Source: an uncultured Nitrospiraceae bacterium
GTDB lineage: Bacteria > Nitrospirota > UBA9217
Direction: 5' to 3'
Assembly: GCA_964412455.1 (NCBI GenBank)
Contig: CAYPOT010000004.1
Coordinates: forward strand, 1,036-65,035
Length of the DNA: 64,000 nucleotides
The notes beneath the pieces were generated by a model. That model made no database searches. It saw only the letters and a program-made list of their open reading frames with translations, and had not been told where the DNA came from. Shown here piece after piece: positions 60,940 through 64,000 of the stretch. A program made the position numbers and the translations under genes. The stretch's first letter is position 1; each line of letters begins with the position of its first letter.

Positions 60940-61632
60940 ATGAAATCCGAACCAATCGAAAGCTATCTAATCGAAAACTGGCCGCCTCGAACCATAGATC
61001 CCGACAACGCTATCATTTACAGAAAACAACAAACCAAGAATGGACGATATGTTAAAAGGTATAGCAATAAATGGACTCAGTATCTGGAATACTTGCTGAT
61101 TAACTATATACGCAAACGAAAAAGCAAATATTTGCTTCGTGAAATTCCATGTATAAATGATAAGAATAAAAAACTGGATTACATGCTGATTAGTGGGAAT
61201 CCAGAAAAAATGTATTTTGGAAGTTCTGACGCGCGGTCTGATAAGTTGCCGTGGTTCGCATTAATTGAGGCACAATGGGACCAGAATAAACATGTAAGGG
61301 ATTTCTTGGGTAATGATTTTGGAAAGCTCTGTATGTGGGAACCAAATAGTTCTAAAGGAAAGAGCAAAATCGCCATATTTAATGTGCGCGTATCAAAAAA
61401 CAATACAGACTCCTGGCAAGATGTTCACAAAAAGGAGATGGGAAAAATAAAGAAAATAATTGATAGAGAAGATAAGACTAACAGCAAATATTGCTTGCTA
61501 ATCACCAGTCGCATCGCGCGAAAGAAAATTGTCGTTTATTCGTGTTATGTAGGGAAGCCTCTCTGCAAGGAAATGAAGCAAATAGTCATCGACAAAAAGC
61601 GTGAAATACAAGATCCGAAAAGTGGCAAATGA
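60940..61632 (+). CDS. Hypothetical protein, AT-rich (~35% GC), directly downstream of the WYL regulator
   Basis: 230 aa, Lys-rich, no recognisable motif. 11-nt spacing from the WYL gene suggests an operon. Confidence 0.5.
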   Translation: MKSEPIESYLIENWPPRTIDPDNAIIYRKQQTKNGRYVKRYSNKWTQYLEYLLINYIRKRKSKYLLREIPCINDKNKKLDYMLISGNPEKMYFGSSDARSDKLPWFALIEAQWDQNKHVRDFLGNDFGKLCMWEPNSSKGKSKIAIFNVRVSKNNTDSWQDVHKKEMGKIKKIIDREDKTNSKYCLLITSRIARKKIVVYSCYVGKPLCKEMKQIVIDKKREIQDPKSGK

Positions 61633-61716
61633 AATACCCGAACATTGCGGGCCAGGCTTCAGAATTAATATTTGGCGGTGGCGCACCAGCGGGGCGATAG
61701 TCACAAGACGAAAGGA

Positions 61717-62185
61717 TCAATCAATCCGCCAGACGAAGCGGTTCTCTTTTGCTGTGTCTTTGTTCTTAATGGCGACAGCGATCTTTTGCAGTTCCACAAG
61801 GATCCGGACCTTTTCTTCTATGGGCAGCTTCGCGGCATTTCGGTGATATTCTTTCTTGGCCTCAAACACCCGATCAACGATATCACTATGATATTGAATT
61901 TTATCCACCATGGCGTCCCTTTCTGAGCCTATCGAAAGAGTTCTTTATTAAATACTTATCGAGAGGGGAATATACTCGCTCCCGGATCCAGCGGAGCACA
62001 TAGTCACGTAGGTCCCACGGCCCCGCGTTATTTTCTGATCTATGTCTTACCGTACCAGTGCCGTGGCACCCTAACAGGTTGTTGAAAAACACCTTCTCTG
62101 TCATTGCGAGGAGCGTTTTTTGCGACGCGGCAATCTCGAACTTATTGATTTTTTTAACTACGAGATTGCTTCGCTTCGCTCGCAA
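61717..62185 (-). other. Two short overlapping ORFs (94 aa and 64 aa) of unknown function; possibly one disrupted gene
   Basis: ORFs 61901-62185 and 61717-61911 are in different frames and overlap by 11 nt. Confidence 0.25.
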
Positions 62186-62215
62186 AGACGGCTGAAATAC
62201 TTTTTCAACAGCCTG

Positions 62216-62515
62216 CTAAAGACCAATCTCGTCGACCCGCAGCAACCGGTGTCCTTCGAACACGGTCAGTATCTCCACATTGTTCTTATGTACTCTGTAG
62301 ACAATTCGATATTTCTTAAATATCAGCTCACGTATTTCTGGATTGGAAGTCTCCGGTACGGTTCTTCCGCTACGAGGGGCTCCGGGCAATACAGACTCCG
62401 CATGCACTACGATCTCATCGACAAATTTTGCCGCTCGTTCCGCGTTGTCCTTTGCAATGAACGCCTCAATCTCCGTCAACTGCCGGAGGGATTCACGGGT
62501 CCAGTGTATTTTCAT
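62216..62515 (-). CDS. parE: ParE/RelE-family toxin
   Basis: 99 aa with the typical ParE fold signature (...YRIVYRV...ILTVFEGHR). Confidence 0.7.
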   Translation of the reverse strand: MKIHWTRESLRQLTEIEAFIAKDNAERAAKFVDEIVVHAESVLPGAPRSGRTVPETSNPEIRELIFKKYRIVYRVHKNNVEILTVFEGHRLLRVDEIGL

Positions 62516-62521
62516 GCGGGT

Positions 62522-62806
62522 TCATTCCCTGGCCCGTCGGGAAGCGAGTGCGGCCCTGAGCTCTTTTGTAGAGTATATTTTCCCGCTGTCGGCATCCGCA
62601 ATTCCCCTGCCGACGGAATCAAGGAACGACTTTCTGTATACCAATTCGTCGTAGTCTTCCGGCGAGAGGAGTACCCCGGCGGGCTTGCCGTTCTGCGTAA
62701 TGATCACGGGATGCCCGGTACCCCGGAGGCTCTTGAACCACTTGGAGATGCTGGTCTTGAATTCCGCGATCGGGACGATATCATTCTTGATCGAAATGGT
62801 CTTCAT
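62522..62806 (-). CDS. Phd/YefM-family antitoxin
   Basis: PVIITQNGKPAGVLLSPEDYDEL motif. Lies 6 nt upstream of parE. Confidence 0.75.
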   Translation of the reverse strand: MKTISIKNDIVPIAEFKTSISKWFKSLRGTGHPVIITQNGKPAGVLLSPEDYDELVYRKSFLDSVGRGIADADSGKIYSTKELRAALASRRARE

Positions 62807-62913
62807 GCAATGGCTCCTTATTTAGATCGTAATATTGGCCATAATATAGACCTTTGCTGTACACACATCAAGCATTTTCTGTATTACGGATTTTGAGTTA
62901 GATGGAGAATCCG

Positions 62914-64000
62914 TTACTTCCCGAATGGGCAAATAGGATAGCGGCATTCCGTGCAGTGCAGGCAGAGCCCGCCGTGGCCAAGCTCGGCAAGTTCTTCACG
63001 GCCGATCCGCTCGCCGGCGAGGACGCGCGGCAGGATGATGTCGAACACCGTGGTCCGGTGATACATACCGCAGGCGGGGATGCCGAGAATGGGAATGAGA
63101 TCGGAGCTTTGAGTTTTGAGTTTTGAGCTAATTTCACTCCGCACTCCGCACTCCGTACTCCGCACTTTCTCTATGTATCCCACCAGCACCATCGCCCCCG
63201 GCAGGACCGCCGAACCATAAGTGATATCCACCGCTCCGATGCTTCGAATGGCGAACCGGGTCACATCATCGGGGTCCACTGACATGCCGCCCGTGGTGAT
63301 AAGCAGATCCACACCCGCGGCGATAAGCTCCCGAAGCCGGTCGGCGATGAAGGCTTCGTCATCGGGCGCATAGTAAGTCCCCACGATCTCCCCGCCGTAA
63401 TCCTCGATCTTTTTCGCGATGATAGGCGCGAAGGCGTCTTTGACCCTGCCGTGGTAGACCTCGTTGCCGGTAATGACCACACCGGCGCGGGGCTTCCGCA
63501 GCTCCTTTACTTCAATGACCCCCCCTCTGCTCCCCCCCTTGGCAAAGAGGGGCTGGGGTGGTGCCGCAATCCGCATTTGATCCGCTATTCTCACCGCCTC
63601 GTCCACCACAGACTTCTTCACGACCAGCGGTATGGCCCTGGTACCGGCGACCTCCTGGCCTTTCTTCACGACTGTGTTCGTATGAAGCGTGGCGCACATG
63701 ACATCGCCCACCATGTTGAACGCTTTCAAGGATTCCTTATCGATGCGAAGAAGGCCGTCGCGGGCTGCAACAATGGTGACTTTGCCTTCCCGGGGCTCGC
63801 CCTTGATAGAAACGCCCTCACCCATCAGAGCGCGAGCGATCGCGACGGCCGCATCATCCTCATGCACTTCGTCGGGAGCCAGCGTAAGGACGAAGAGATG
63901 CTCCTTTCCGATGCGCTGAAGATGGCAGACATCCTCCTTGCGGATGACATGGCCCTTCCGGAAGGCCGGTCCCTTGAACTCGTCCTTCCGGATCTCGGTA
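62914..64000 (-). CDS. MoeA-like (molybdopterin molybdotransferase-type MoCF domain) protein, 5' end outside the window; contains an in-frame heptad-repeat insert
   Basis: The frame stays open upstream of the tracker's GTG (63867) to the window edge. MoCF domain (VVITGNEV...DLLITTGGMSVDPDD...LPGAMVL) then ...LGIPACG. The C-terminus is Cys-rich (CLHCTECRYPICP). Confidence 0.6.
   Translation of the reverse strand, partial: TEIRKDEFKGPAFRKGHVIRKEDVCHLQRIGKEHLFVLTLAPDEVHEDDAAVAIARALMGEGVSIKGEPREGKVTIVAARDGLLRIDKESLKAFNMVGDVMCATLHTNTVVKKGQEVAGTRAIPLVVKKSVVDEAVRIADQMRIAAPPQPLFAKGGSRGGVIEVKELRKPRAGVVITGNEVYHGRVKDAFAPIIAKKIEDYGGEIVGTYYAPDDEAFIADRLRELIAAGVDLLITTGGMSVDPDDVTRFAIRSIGAVDITYGSAVLPGAMVLVGYIEKVRSTECGVRSEISSKLKTQSSDLIPILGIPACGMYHRTTVFDIILPRVLAGERIGREELAELGHGGLCLHCTECRYPICPFGK
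63107..63168. repeat. Tandem heptamers (TTGAGTT x3; ACTCCGC x4) lying in-frame inside the MoeA-like gene
   Basis: ctttgagttttgagttttgagct aatttc actccgcactccgcactccgtactccgcac. Confidence 0.85.

Overview
This is a high-GC (~60-65%) bacterial chromosomal segment. I saw no rRNA, tRNA or CRISPR array. Gene calls rest on motif-level recognition of the translated ORFs, not on searches.

The core genes are:
- the 3' half of an RND efflux pump, an enoyl-CoA hydratase, ArfB, a DsrE-like protein, a PilT-like ATPase and MarC;
- a selenocysteine-encoding selD whose in-frame UGA made the ORF track truncate it;
- a HAD hydrolase, ribD, a GalT-like transferase, ppdK, glyQ-glyS, a GH57 glycosidase and ftsB;
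- a DEAD-box helicase followed by a fadD-thiolase-fadB/J beta-oxidation operon;
- an ADP-ribosylglycohydrolase, an Ap4A-phosphorylase-like protein and a family-4 UDG;
- a caa3-type cytochrome c oxidase cluster (SCO1, coxI, coxIII, coxIV, coxII, ctaB, then a YkgJ-type Cys protein and an O-methyltransferase);
- a MoeA-like gene running off the 3' edge.

Several accessory or probably acquired blocks are interspersed:
- an AT-rich ~4 kb island (14.6-18.6 kb) carrying a 4TM protein plus membrane-anchored NERD nuclease pair, a PIN-like gene, a degraded MazEF-like module and a HEPN/MNT pair;
- an AbrB-type antitoxin with a frameshifted Doc toxin;
- two tandem ~19-aa lysine-rich peptide genes next to a second HEPN/MNT pair;
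- an 860-aa fused REase/N6-adenine-methyltransferase (Type IIG/IIL-like) with lower GC;
- a B12-radical-SAM plus type III PKS pair separated by eight copies of the heptamer CTCCTGT (AGGAGAC on the mRNA), a candidate phase-variable switch;
- an IS/transposon-like element (zinc-ribbon ORF, rve transposase, AAA ATPase), followed by a WYL regulator in apparent operon with an AT-rich 230-aa protein of unknown function, then a Phd/ParE pair.

The genome also carries many short-period (7-8 nt) tandem and inverted-repeat elements in intergenic spacers, one of them in-frame inside the MoeA-like gene. There are also two dispersed repeat families and a ~135-bp element bounded by perfect 19-bp inverted repeats.

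Taxonomy cannot be assigned from sequence inspection alone.
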